64,000 bases of DNA, taken from NCBI GenBank assembly GCA_047967505.1, contig CM106538.1, one strand, 5' to 3'. A model generated the notes under the pieces. The model was not told the DNA's origin. It saw only the letters and a program-made list of their open reading frames with translations, and did not search any database. This stretch comes from Dipteris shenzhenensis. Lineage: Eukaryota. Shown piece after piece: positions 42,416-54,414 of the stretch. How positions within the stretch are numbered: the stretch's first letter is position 1; each line of letters opens with the position of its first letter. A program made the position numbers and the translations under genes.

Positions 42416-43064
42416 CCTCCTCGCGCTCTTCCTGTCCCCTCTCCTTCCGCTCACTTTCTTCCTCTCCCCTCTTGTCAACCCTGCCCTCTCGCTCTGTCTT
42501 CCTCTTGCCCCCCCCCCTCTCTCCCCCTTTCTGCCTCTTCCCCCCCTCCCCCTCATATACTTGCGTAGTGTGGCGATAAGACCTTTTCGGATAAATCGAA
42601 CCTTCTCGCTATTTCACCGTGCATCCTCATGTAGATTAATTCATCATACGCCTATAGGTTAATCGACATTGCACCCTCCCCTTGTCAACAAGTAATTAAT
42701 TAATATGCCTTTTTATCGACTGAGGCTTGATTTTTAAAATTCACTCCAAATGGAGAGGGGAACAACTGAGTGGAAATCACATAATTTACTATTGATGACA
42801 AGGTGGACATGGAGTGATGACAAGGCATGCGATGAATGGCACAATATGGGGAAGATGTTGTGACTCAAGAGGTGTGGCACACGTGGCCCAATTGCATCAT
42901 GCAGCAATGCAAGTAGATTTGGACCAAAAGGGAGCGAAAGGAAAACCATAGTAAGGTTAAGCTTAAACCTTGACAAAACCTCAGATAGAACTATAGTAGA
43001 TTCTGAGCTTTGAGAGAGTGTGAGAGTGAGACTGGGAGCTTTGAGAGAGAAAGAGCGAGCGAGC

Positions 43065-43520
43065 ATGGCTATGGCGATGGCGAACATTGCCTCCCCTTCA
43101 TCCCTCCGCTGCTCCATCACTACATTGCCCATAAATCGCCATTCTTCTTTCTCTCCTCCATCCCTTGCCTTCCCATCGCTAAGATTTCTCCAAGGCCTCC
43201 CTCCTTCTCTCCCTTCTTTCATCGCTAGGGCCTCCTACAATGTCAAGCTCCTCACCCCCGACGGTGAAGTTACCTTAAACGCCCCTGATGACGAGTACAT
43301 CCTCGACACTGCTGAGAACGAAGGCCTCCAGCTTCCCTTCTCCTGCCGCGCCGGTGCTTGCTCCGCTTGCTGTGCCAAGCTCGTGGAGGGCGAAGTCGAT
43401 CAGGGCGATGGTTCTTTCTTAAGCGAAGCCCAAATTCGAGCTGGGTATGTGCTCACTTGTGTCGCTTATCCGATAACCGACGTTGTTATAAAGACTCATG
43501 CAGACGGGGAGCTTAAATAG
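43065..43520 (+). CDS. petF: Chloroplast [2Fe-2S] ferredoxin with transit peptide, intronless
   Basis: Ser/Pro-rich transit peptide, then [12 protein letters not shown]...[21 protein letters not shown]...DQGDGSFL...VLTCVAYP (CX4CX2C...C cluster ligands). Confidence 0.95.
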   Translation: MAMAMANIASPSSLRCSITTLPINRHSSFSPPSLAFPSLRFLQGLPPSLPSFIARASYNVKLLTPDGEVTLNAPDDEYILDTAENEGLQLPFSCRAGACSACCAKLVEGEVDQGDGSFLSEAQIRAGYVLTCVAYPITDVVIKTHADGELK

Positions 43521-44397
43521 ATGTACCGTTCTGGAACATAAACAACTATTTATGTCCACCTTCGAGGCAACACGCATGAAGCCTGAAAAGTCTGACGGGA
43601 ATGCATGTAATATTTTGGGTCCACGAGCTTATTATGTTCTCTGTTCCTACGTCTTGAGTCGCAGCATACGTTCTTGTTCTTAAGACTGAGCTTTTTGTTT
43701 GTTTTCTAAGACGTTTTTGGTTGCAAGAGCCTTTAATTTCCGTTTAATGTCTTTCGAAGAGCGGTTCCATTTTTTTAAAATGTTGCAACGATTGATCTTA
43801 CACATGTAAAGCTCTATCTTGGCTCGTCACGGGTGCTTACAGTGAAGTTATATTACATTGGGCCCATGCAAGATGTACACATAGATATTTGCAGGATTTC
43901 GAGAGTGCATGTACATGTATTATGGGCCAAGGAAGCTGACTTGAGTTCACTATTGACAGATGTCCTCGAAAAACCAAAGTTGGTCTATGGGACAGATAAG
44001 GTAGTCAATACATCGAAAGACCAAAGTTGGTCTATGGGACAGATAAGGTAGTCAATACATCAATCCCCATGATGAGTGTGTGAAGCATGTCCAAAATTAT
44101 CTCACAATGATTGCATTAAGCACCTCCGCAAGCATACCTACTTATTGGGGTCAAAGCAACATGGAATAATACTAAGGTACATTTGCTTACGACTAAGGCT
44201 CTTTAGGTTTAGGCGTGAAGTCTTTGATAAATGCTCTCCCATCGCTAAAGACTGCCCAGTGAGTTCCACGGCTTGAGAGAGAGAGAGAGAGAGAGAGACG
44301 CTTTCTATGTCACAACACATAGCAAGCGCTACCTCTCTCCTACTAGCTATTGAAAGTGGCAGCGTGCCACATGTCACCACGCGAGATGCACCGGGTT

Positions 44398-45848
44398 TGT
44401 GAGGTCCCACTCCCCGCCCCATAGCTGCGTACATAGCCTCCTCACCTCCCCAAAAGGTCCAGGGGACATCCCAGATGTAGCAGACAGGTGTGATGGGTCT
44501 TCCATTCCTCAGGCCTTTCCATCAGCTACAATCAATTCCTTCCCTTGGTGTGGGCTGAAGTTCGGTCGATTCATTGGAGGTGTACTCAACCGTTAGGTCC
44601 CTCTCTCCATTCCTCCGAGAGGCATCCTCAGATTTAGATAGTTATTCATTCTTTCGAGGAGCATCTATTCCTTCCATCTTTCAGGTCTTTCGCATTTGAG
44701 GTGTTCTCAGCAGTTACAAACATCTCACCGGCCCTACAGGCAGGAAGCGTCCTCTTCAATCCATTCATTAGAGGAATGCTTATCAGTCCCTACCATCTCT
44801 CAGTCCCATTGGGACACAACTACAGTTTTAGCAGCTCCCGGCATCACTTAGGTTCTTAGGGAGGCATTTACATCCATAGGTCCAGATTCTAAGAGGGTGA
44901 TGGGGCTTTGACACTAAACAATTATGACTGCAATAGAGGAGGTAGGTGTATACCAGCTTTCTCTCACAGTAGTCATGCAGACAAATTACCTTAGTTTTCA
45001 GGAGTGCATGTGAGTATTCTGGAGTTTCTGGGCTTTAAGTTTTGGTTGCCTAGCCCAAGTGGTTTTGTCATCACCCCAGCAGTTCATGGAGTATCACCAG
45101 CAGTTCTATGTGAGTGGTTCTTCTGCAGTGGGGAGGGTGCATGCCAGCACTTGGTAACCAATATCATACCATTAGCCTTCCAGAGCTCAATGCCTTTGCG
45201 TCAGCATCCCAGTCAGTTCTCAGCAGTTGACGAGGACAGCCTTCACTTCATATTTCCAAGAGCCTATCAGAGCAGTTGACAGTAGGAGCATGGTAGGATG
45301 ATTGGCCATAGCAGTTCGGCTTCCAATCTTTGCTCGTACCGGTTCTCAGGAGTTTTTATTGAGCTGCCGTGTTACCATATTAGAGCATTCGTTCCTCAGC
45401 CTTTTGGAGCAGTGCCAGCTCAGTCCCAGTGCCAGACTATTATTCCCCATTTCTTTGGGAGGACAGTTAAGTTTCGAGCAGCAGTTGGGGTCAGCTCCCT
45501 CCCTTTGCCGCGCCAACAATCCAGCTCCAGAGGCAGACATACAGCAGCCCCTACAGATAGCGATTGAAGGCAGCATGCACACGCAGCATACAGCAGGGTT
45601 TGGGCAGCTACCAAGGTCGGGGTTTGGCAGTTTGTTTCAACAGCATAGCGCCATCTCCCACAGTCGCAGCTAGGGGAGTTATGTCAGCTCAGTTTAGCAC
45701 TCATTTACAGAGTATTGGTCAGGGCATCAATGCCAGCATCATAAATAAACCAGTGTATAATAGTTAGGAAGATCTCTTGTGCTCTTTCATGCTTGAGTGC
45801 TCCTTCTTTATTTATCTATTTCTGAACAGCATGTCCCAGCATGTTACA
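44398..45848. mobile_element. Possible solo-LTR-like fragment
   Basis: Begins TGTGAG and ends GTTACA; non-coding, with AATAAA-like and T-rich 3' part. No matching TSD (GGGTT vs CAAGC). Confidence 0.3.
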
Positions 45849-48800
45849 CAAGCAAAGGTGTAACAAGGAGGACAGTGCAGTAACTTACATGTACAATGGG
45901 CAATGGAGCCCATGAGCAAGCGTACAGGACTTCAAGCCCCACTCATGAGGAAGTATTGGGATCCACAGGCATAGGGGTACCAAGGCCAATAGCATTTTTG
46001 AATGGAAGTATAGTGGTTTCCTCAACGCTGAGGACAAGCAAAGGTGCAACAAGGTGGACAGTGCAGTAACTTCATGGGATGCTGCATGTTACTTCAGGAC
46101 GATGGGCAATGGAACCCTTGGTATGTGCTTACATTCAGAAGCTGCATTTAAAACTTTCAGCACCCCTTTGTCGCCCAGGGAAAAGGCAATTATGAAGTTT
46201 GCAAACAAGGGCATATTCCTTTCAAATAATTCTAGATCTTTCAAAAACGAGCAACATATCCAAGGATCAGGACTATTTCCTAACAAAACCACCTGTTCCA
46301 AATCATACTCGTCTGAAATTGGACTAAAGGCCCTAGCTAAGTCATGTGCAACATAGAGATCTTCCATGTTGTACGGCTATATATTTTGGGTCTCATTAGG
46401 ATCTCCCATTCTAGATGCTGCTTCATACTTCTTTGCTGCTTGCCTGAACTGATTTGTCTTAGTCCATTTTATTTCATGGGGGAATGCCTGTGTTTCAATG
46501 GGGCTGCTCCTTGACAACACTGCAGCATTGGGTGGTGCGTTTAGAGGGGGTGCTATCTAGCTTGAATTTTCCCGTCCACTAATTGATATGACACTCCGGT
46601 GTTCCCCTTTCCTAACCTTCATCTTCACTTTTGTGGACGTTCATTGCATGTGACCTTGGTAGGCTTTTGAGAGTGGTACTATGTGTTGGTTGTGACACTT
46701 CCAGGCTGTTCATATGGACATGTGTTTGGATGTTGTTGGCCATTGGGCTTCATGTGGAGACTTGTATGCATGTTGAGGTCCCTTGTCTGTGTAACTTGTG
46801 GTATGTTCAATTCGGATGCGATTCACTATTGTTGTTCAGCGTCTTTGAAGTTTGCATGCTGCTCATTGTCAAATTTGTCATGTGTGCATTATACCTATTG
46901 TTGTGCACACACTCATTCACATTGAGCCTGAGGGAGATAAAGACAATATTGATATATCTCAAAATATTTGTGTTAATGCATAGATTTCTATATGTTGATA
47001 CATTAGACAAACTTAATAATTTGATAGATTTGCATAATAATGCTTCTCCCCGCTCATAATTGGGCATAATCTATAATTTTCTTCATAGAATTTCTAGATT
47101 AATAACTTTCAGGTCTTCTCTAATGCTCTATGCATGATGATTAAATGTAATTTGTGTCATTTATGTCTCCTCATGATCTCTTTCACGTCAAATGATGTAA
47201 GCCTAAACGTGATGATCATTCTATGCTAGATAAGTTGCAAATTTCTTTAGGCCTCAACCTCAACTACTACTATGATACATGTTACCTAGTAACATTATTC
47301 CATCAATACTAGGTAATAATGTGCACAAATGAGAATAAAATAATAATACTTTATTTTGAAATTAAAATTGAGACTTCTTAATATTATTGTGAATCAATTT
47401 TTGACAAATAAAGTGTACAAAAAACAACTATAGATATATTTATGTTTGATAAGTTTTAAAGTATTAATGTATATGGTATTTCCAAAAGAAGTATAAAATG
47501 TCCACCATTGGTCATTAATTGCTTCAACGTTTTGGTATAATCCTTGGAAGATCTTTGAAATTTGGGTAACCAACCAAAAATGAGAGAAGGTGTTCCTTCA
47601 ACTTTTGTACTATAGAAATGCATCATCTTTCATCAAGATCAAGATCAACAGGATCACTAGACAAGGAATTGGATGATCCATCCTCCTCCTCATAGTTAAT
47701 GCGAACATCTCTTTATTACTATGCAAACTGGTAGATCTTAATGCATGCAATAGGAATTTTGTGTGATAGTGTGAGTTCATGTGATATGAATACACTCCTT
47801 CAATCCTGTAATGACAATAAACCTTAACTTGAATAGAACTTGTATAAACCCAAAGAAACCCAAGCAATATAAGACCAAAGACAACTTGATTGTCTCAAGC
47901 TTCAATACAATTATCTAGGATTGGCATACGACATGCAAATCACCTTTAGAAAGGGTTTTTATTGGTTATAAAGCTTTTGACTTGACTATGGACCCTATCT
48001 ACTACAAGGCAAGCTTGCTCTTACTCAAAAAGACAACATAGACCAAGTGATTATTGCAAGAGACTACTCTCATGGATGATGCTTTCAAGAAGACCTCAAA
48101 ACCATTGTGGTATAGACGGTAAAAAATAGATGCTTGTAGGAGTCGTCGTCATACGGATGGAGTGCTACTCTTGAACAACACGTCAGTGCTCCCCATGCAA
48201 CTTACGCTTGTCTTCTCATGCATAGGATGGACCAATCAAAGACAATCATATGTTCACATCAAAGAGCCAATTGTGTGCCATTTGCTCAAGTCAATAAGGT
48301 GATAATCAACTGGGTTTTTCAATTGCTACAAAACCTTTGAACCAAGATGCTCCCCCATGCTAGTTTCAGCTAATACCCCCATTGAAACAAGTCGGGGGCA
48401 TCCAAACTCCGAACCAGAGACATTACCATTAGCAATAAAAAAGTTTTAAGCTTAACAAACAACCTCACTAATAACCAAAGCCATCACAAATGATTGCATG
48501 CTTACTAAGTGCCTAAGCAACCTTGAAACACACTACCCAAGATAACAAGCCAACAAAACATTTTATTTTGCAAAAACTATGATTTCCTTGGTTGGAGGAT
48601 CTTCAACTGCAAATATTTCTTCTTTGAGGTCTTCATTTTCTCATCTCTTTGTTTCTTATAAGAGAACCTTTCTATGTGCCCATCTTTGTTGTGATAATGA
48701 CATGTTCAAACACCTCTACATTTGGTGGTTGTACTTCATTTTTTCTATTTTACAAACATATGTAGGTTCTTGGATTGGCAACAAATGTTTGAAGTGTTTC

Positions 48801-49615
48801 TCCCCACTTAGCAACATAGACACATCTAGGATGTCAATTTCATTATCCGTTCGTAATATAGTGAAAATCTCAAAATACCAAGGAGGCAAGCTCACTAGTA
48901 TAGTCTTAGCATCATCTTTATCTACTTTTGAGATGACAACATTCAACTACTTTAGAAGTGCTTGCATATGATTGAGATACGTACTAAGGATTTCGTTTTC
49001 TTTCATTTGAAGACCAACCAACTTGTTTTAAACTAGCTTTAGAATGCTTCATCCTAACACAAGACAAAGACTCAAGAATTATGCAATTCTCTATAGCAAA
49101 CTTCATGACGATGAGGTGGTGAAACATTAGGAAAAAAGGGAGCTCATTTTGGGGCCTTTTACGGTTTGGAAAAATAAGCTCTCAACCAATCAATAGAAGG
49201 CCAACGTAACGTTGAAAATTCACGAAAATAAGAGAAAATAGAAAAAAGAAACAATACTTTATGTAAGTACAAGCGTGCTACATTAATGTGGAGATTGGTT
49301 TTTTATTCTCAGAAGATCTTTGGACAAGAAGATAGAATCTAAACTGACATTTTATCTGACAAGATCCTTCCCGCTTCCACCTTCCTTTGAACTTTCAAAT
49401 GTTGTGCCACCTTTCGTGCGAAAGGTCTACCATTCTACACCATTGCCTCATTGTGCAACAGCCTTTCTTTTCGAAAACTGCTCCCTTGATCCTGTTTGGC
49501 GTAGAGTAAGATGTTTCTCGTCAACTGTCTGTCTGCCCACTTTCTCTTTCTTGAAACTTCAAATTGTTATCTTAGTTACATTAATTTGCTATTGTTACAG
49601 ATTCAGAAAATCTCC

Positions 49616-51056
49616 ATGGTGAACCAAAACCACGGCCGTTCTTGTGGAAGACGCTCTGTGGATGATAATGCTACGAAGGCAGAATTATACCAAACATCCT
49701 TACCCCGTCGACCTGCTTCTTCTATTTCGTCCGGTAGAGAATTCAAGTACAGTCAAAACGGAAGGAACTTGGGAAAGGTTTAGTGTTTCGAAAGGAGCAT
49801 GGGTGCTCATGCAACCTAGCAAAAGAAAAAGACCCCAGACAAAAAACATTTTCTTGGCATCGTGGAAGGGAAGAGTACGAGATTTTAAAATCACCAAAGG
49901 GAAGATATCCGTGAAAGAAGTTTTGATTCAGCACGTGTACATGCATAAAGAACTTGTCTTGCGAGACTATCCAAAAAATCTTCCGCAACACAGGCCTAAT
50001 TGTATATTTTTCTATTGTGGTTTTTTTCTTCATGAGGTGTATGGATTTTTAAGATAAAGCTTTCTCTCTTAGCTTATTGACATTCTTGTGTTGTTTTATT
50101 TCAGATTTATATCCTTCATCGTATGAGACATGGCAAAACATCGATTGTATTCTGGGATTTATAGATGTTCTGCATGGATCGATAGGAGAACAATAATACC
50201 AAGGTCGATGTGCAACAGAGCTAGCTCAATCGGGTATATTTTTTACTGATCATTTTTATTAGTTGCTGGACAAAGCTAACACACATGGTGTATTAATAAA
50301 ACAAGACCTTCCGGCGTGGAATTCAGTGGATTGGCCTCACCCACATTCTAGTGTTACAGAGGCATATAGGGCGAAGCTTTTTACAGAAGTACAGAAAGCT
50401 CTGAGGCCCAATATTGCCACTAGGATAGTAAAAATTTCTTTGTGCATGCCTCTCACAGTTTTTGTGGACTTGTTTAATACCTTTCCCGTGAAGGTTTCAA
50501 AAACAATGTTCACAGTTAAAGCAACAAATTCGGCATGCATGCCACAATTTTTGGATAAAGGTTGGGATAAGAAGACATGTAGTTCAGTGTTTTGTGAGGT
50601 GGTCCAACCTTCTATGCAACTGAAGTATATGGTTGCATCACAAAATTTTATTTTCTCTTTTTATTACAAGCGCAGTCGAATGCTAGGCACAAAGCTTGTC
50701 CCAATGGATCAAGATGAAGAGTCTTTTGGTGCAGAAAATAAACTTATTGATATTGATGTTGTTGAGAATGGTGATGTGCTAGTCAATATCTCATTAAGAG
50801 AATGTTGCTCCCTAGCTCAATTGCACAGTGACATTCTGTTTGAGACTGAAGGTTCTATCTCAAACAACTTTTTATTTATCTACAACAACAGAAAGGTACA
50901 CCATCTGATTTATCCTAGTCTCATTAAGCATTGCTATTAGTTTAATTTACCACTCTAATTCATATTCCTTTTTTGCAGTTACTCAAAAGAAGAGAGAGCT
51001 CAATAAAATGCAAAGACATAGAAAATTTAAAAATTGAGATAACACAGACTCCATAA
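49616..51056 (+). pseudogene. BAH-like domain plus C-terminal ubiquitin-like (beta-grasp) protein. Exons ~49616-50001, 50105-50895, 50979-51056 (start uncertain)
   Basis: Spliced reading FSVSKGAWVLMQP..WKGRVRDF..VLIQHVYMHKEL..HRPNYLYPSSYETWQNIDCILGFIDVLH..IFFTDHFY follows the BAH pattern. C-terminal SLAQLHSDIL..FLFIYNNRKLL..IKCKDIENLKIEI is UBL-like. Introns are phase-compatible; in-frame stops at 50194 (TAA) and 50260 (TAG). Confidence 0.6.
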
Positions 51057-51172
51057 ACAAAGGTTTTGTATTCAATCAAGTAAGATTTTGTACAGAACTA
51101 TTTAGCTGAATCTGTAGAACATATTTCTGACATCCATTTTCTATTTATGTACAGCTTGATCCAGAGGCTGCT

Positions 51173-53232
51173 CTACATTTTCTGGAGGATCTTCTCTCTG
51201 CTGCTCCATCCTGTCTCCTCCACTGTCCCAGAAGCCTCTCTTTGCTGCTTCTCCACCTTCTCCTCAACATCAGCAGCAGGTCTTTGCTCCTGTGTCTGCT
51301 CCTCCTCAGCACTCTGTGATTGCTCCTGTGGCTTCTGGTCCTCAGCATTAGGTGCTTCATTTGTGGGATCAAGGTGTATGACACCTTCTTGTACTTTAGA
51401 GCTTTCACCCAGCTCCACAGTAGCTGGTACAATAGGTTTGGGGGAGGGGGGAGGCATAGCTCAAAAACCTCCAAATTGTATGAGCTCTAAAATTATGTAC
51501 ATAGTTGGAGCTGAAGCTATCCTCTTTCATCTGCAATGGCAGAGGATAATTTAGAACACTTTGTATTATTATGAATTATCTTCAAGCTAAATGAAAAGTA
51601 TTTTTCCTTACCAGGTTTGGCTGTTCCTTCTCAAAGTAGCTTGAAAGTATATATTTTGCATTGATCAGCACCCTCCATCCACAGCTACTTGAATCATTTT
51701 GTTGTGGTGTCTGTACAGTTAGAAAGATATGTTAGAAACTGTTAGCATCAGCACAAAACAAAATTATTCAATAAGTTCAAAGACATAGCATTTAATAGGC
51801 TTTTTACCTCTAGACTTATTGGCTCTATTGAATCCAAAAGAGAGACATTTGGAGGACAGTGATCCAATGCATCTAAAAGCCTTCTAATACAACTGCAATA
51901 TGTATAATTTAGTTAGTATGATATCAAAATAATGAAGTTTTAAGTTCAAAAAGCACACACAGCACTTACAATTTCAGCTCTTTGTGTGTGTTTTTTAGAC
52001 AGTTGAATAGAAAGCATTGCTTCTACTGGATGTCAATAGACACAAAACTCCAGTGGTCACTGCATAAGGAAAAAAGCATAAGAAAATGAAAGGCTACAAG
52101 AGTTCCCAATATTAAAGAAGAATCTTAAAAGAAGTAGTCACCCACATACCTGCTATGGTATGGAAGTAGCAAAACATCAATTACTTCAAAATTGCAGTGT
52201 TTGAACCAGCTGGAAATACTCATGGGAGTCTCCTTTGCATCTCTTAATTTAGAAGAAATGGCTGGATCAACAATATGGACTGTATGCTATACATAGGGGT
52301 GAAGCCAGCTTCTCATCATGCTGCATAGGATCAGAAAATAATTAGGGTAGGTTATAAAGGAGTTACAAGGAGGATTGATTTGCAAAAAATGTAAAATTTA
52401 TAGACACTTACTAGAGCATTGCAAGAATGATAGTATATGAGTAATACTCATTCTTATGAGCCAATGCTGCTAAGCATTGTTTTGTCAAATCAAAATCATT
52501 CACTGAAACTTCATCCTCAATATGAACAACTACATCAGGGCCCAGCTCCTTCAACCTTCTATGTATCTGTAGCTCCTTCTTTCCAGTCTCCACATCTATA
52601 ACAGATTTTGTTTCTTTTATTTGCTGCTTCAGTGAGTCCTCATAAGCAGCCTTCCCTCTGGTGTTCTTTGAGTGTGTTACCTCAACAACCTTTACCTCAT
52701 CAACCTTCAACTTCCTTGTGGGTGGAATTAGCAATATGTCTCTCATTTTGATGTCCTGCCATTCCACAGGATGAACAAGCTTGTCATACCTCCATCTCAC
52801 TCTAGACAAAGTGTTGAAGTCTTTGGCCATCAAAGTCACCCTATGAGCATGCGCTGCTACAAGCATTGCATCTTCAAAATATTTCTCCAAGTAATCCTCT
52901 GCCATTTCCTGTAAGGAAAGAATGGCAGTTCTATTCCACCTGAACCCAAGGTTCCAACTGTCACAAATTTCTCTCACCAGTCTTTGAAAGGGTGCTTTGG
53001 GTATTGCAAAGCCTATAGCTTTCTGTTGCCTCCTGATCTCCCTTAGCACACCTGCACCCTGATTCAATCTTTTGGCCTTTTGCTTGAGCAAGCTCATTGG
53101 CTTACCCTTCCTGCCATGTGCAGCTCTTCCCTTTGGAGGCACACTAAATTTCTTGGTACCTGCCCCAGCTGCTGTTGCTGCAAGCCCTAGTCCTTTGCCA
53201 ACTTTCCTTGCAGTTGACTTGGTTCTTGCCAT
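51173..53232 (-). pseudogene. Histone H3-like histone fold fused to an Ulp1/SENP (C48) protease-like domain. Exons 53232-52412, 52320-52150, 52059-51970, 51892-51808, 51710-51612, 51530-~51173
   Basis: MARTKSTARK tail; fold VLREIRRQQK..IPKAPFQRLVREI..LQEMAEDYL..FEDAMLVAAHAHRVTLMAKDF. After five phase-compatible GT-AG introns: VHIVDP..WFK..DVLLLPYHSSDHWSFVSIDI..FNCL..PQQNDSSSCGWRVL..NFRAHTI. TAG stops at 52289 and 52025, and a probable frameshift in the last exon. Confidence 0.88.
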
Positions 53233-53318
53233 CACTCTGAAAAACTGCATACAAAGGATTGGAAAGAGATCACAGACATGGAGAACATGTTCTAACAAAG
53301 AAAAGGCAATCACAGAAA

Positions 53319-53590
53319 TTTGCAATAAAATGCGATATGAGCAGTTTGGAATTTCAAACAGGTCCACATCGCATTTTGCTGCAAATTTTTGAAATGACAT
53401 GCTGGTGCACTCCTACATATCACTCCAACTAAATACAGTATGAATGGAGTTTATGCAAGAAGATTACAGCTATGGAAGTCACAAAACCAGAATGACAGGG
53501 GTTGATGAAGCAATATTTCAATATTTGCAACAAAACGCGATTTCAGCAGTTTGAAATTCCTAATGCCTTCTCCTCGCATTTTGCTGCAAA
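53319..53590. repeat. Two diverged copies (205 bp apart) of the 17-bp inverted-repeat motif, in the 5' UTR intron of the H3-Ulp1 gene
   Basis: TTTGCAATAAAATGCGA (53319) / TCGCATTTTGCTGCAAA (53369) and TTTGCAACAAAACGCGA (53524) / TCGCATTTTGCTGCAAA (53574). The intron runs from donor 53874 to acceptor 53237. Confidence 0.85.
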
Positions 53591-54039
53591 TTCATGAGGC
53601 AACATGCTGGAATATGCCTTCAGTCATTTGAAGGTGTTTGCATAACCATACAGGATGGATTGAGTCTATGGAAGTCAAGAAGTGTGCACAGACTGAAGGG
53701 AGAACCCATAAGTACAGTTTCACCCTCACATGCAAATATCACACTTGAAGATCTGCATTCCTAAAGTGATTTCTCTGTCTTGATTTGAGTCTATGCATTT
53801 CTATGCAGGATGTATTTTTTCTATTTTAGGCAAGAAGATTGCAGAGACTAAGGGGAGAACCCATTGTTACTGACCTGGAATCTATCTGTGGATGTGCTGT
53901 GCTGCTGAGGAGTAATCTGTGCTGACGATGAACCTATGCTGCTGGACAGGATGCTGATGCTGCAGAGTATGGAGGTAGGGAGGCAAGAGAGCAGAGACTG
54001 GAGGGCAAGAGGTCTAAAACAGGATACCACAAATAAGTG

Positions 54040-54300
54040 TAAATAGAATTAAAGAATCTCTAAATCCCACACGTGTGGAATGTAGTCGTTTTTCACACAT
54101 GTGGATGGGACCCAGATCTCTTGGAGTTTGAAATTTGGCACGTGTGAAAGTACACTTTATGCCTTGGAACTTGTGCCATTCATGATTTCATCATCAATAC
54201 CACAACCACTTTTCCCTCCCCTGGATCCCAATCTTTCATCCCTGCCACGACCCTCGCATCTTCCATTTCCTTCTCTCTGACCCTTTCCTACCCAGCACAC
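54040..54300. promoter_or_regulatory. Putative bidirectional promoter between the H3-Ulp1 gene and the acidic unknown gene
   Basis: Lies between the divergent first exons; 12-bp palindrome CCACACGTGTGG (54067-54078) and a second G-box CACGTG (54139-54144). Confidence 0.45.
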
Positions 54301-54414
54301 TCCATCCAGACTGCAACCTGCTTGAAGACAGTACTGCCAGATCTCCAGGTTACCTAGAGTGCAAAGTTTAAGCTAGAGAAAGAGCAGGAGATTTACCAGT
54401 GCAACTCCATCAGC

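Noticed and set aside
42000-42579. Pro/Ser-rich and Arg/Gly-rich ORFs
   Set aside because: Translation artefacts of the CT-rich repeat.
43971-44298. 47-bp tandem duplication and (GA)n microsatellite
   Set aside because: Ordinary slippage products, like the short duplications at ~3340, ~15130 and ~17850.
52411-53400. 329-aa ORF as a canonical histone H3 or as starting at 53400
   Set aside because: The upstream part is intron (acceptor at 53237) and the real start is ATG 53232. The protein is divergent and continues by splicing.
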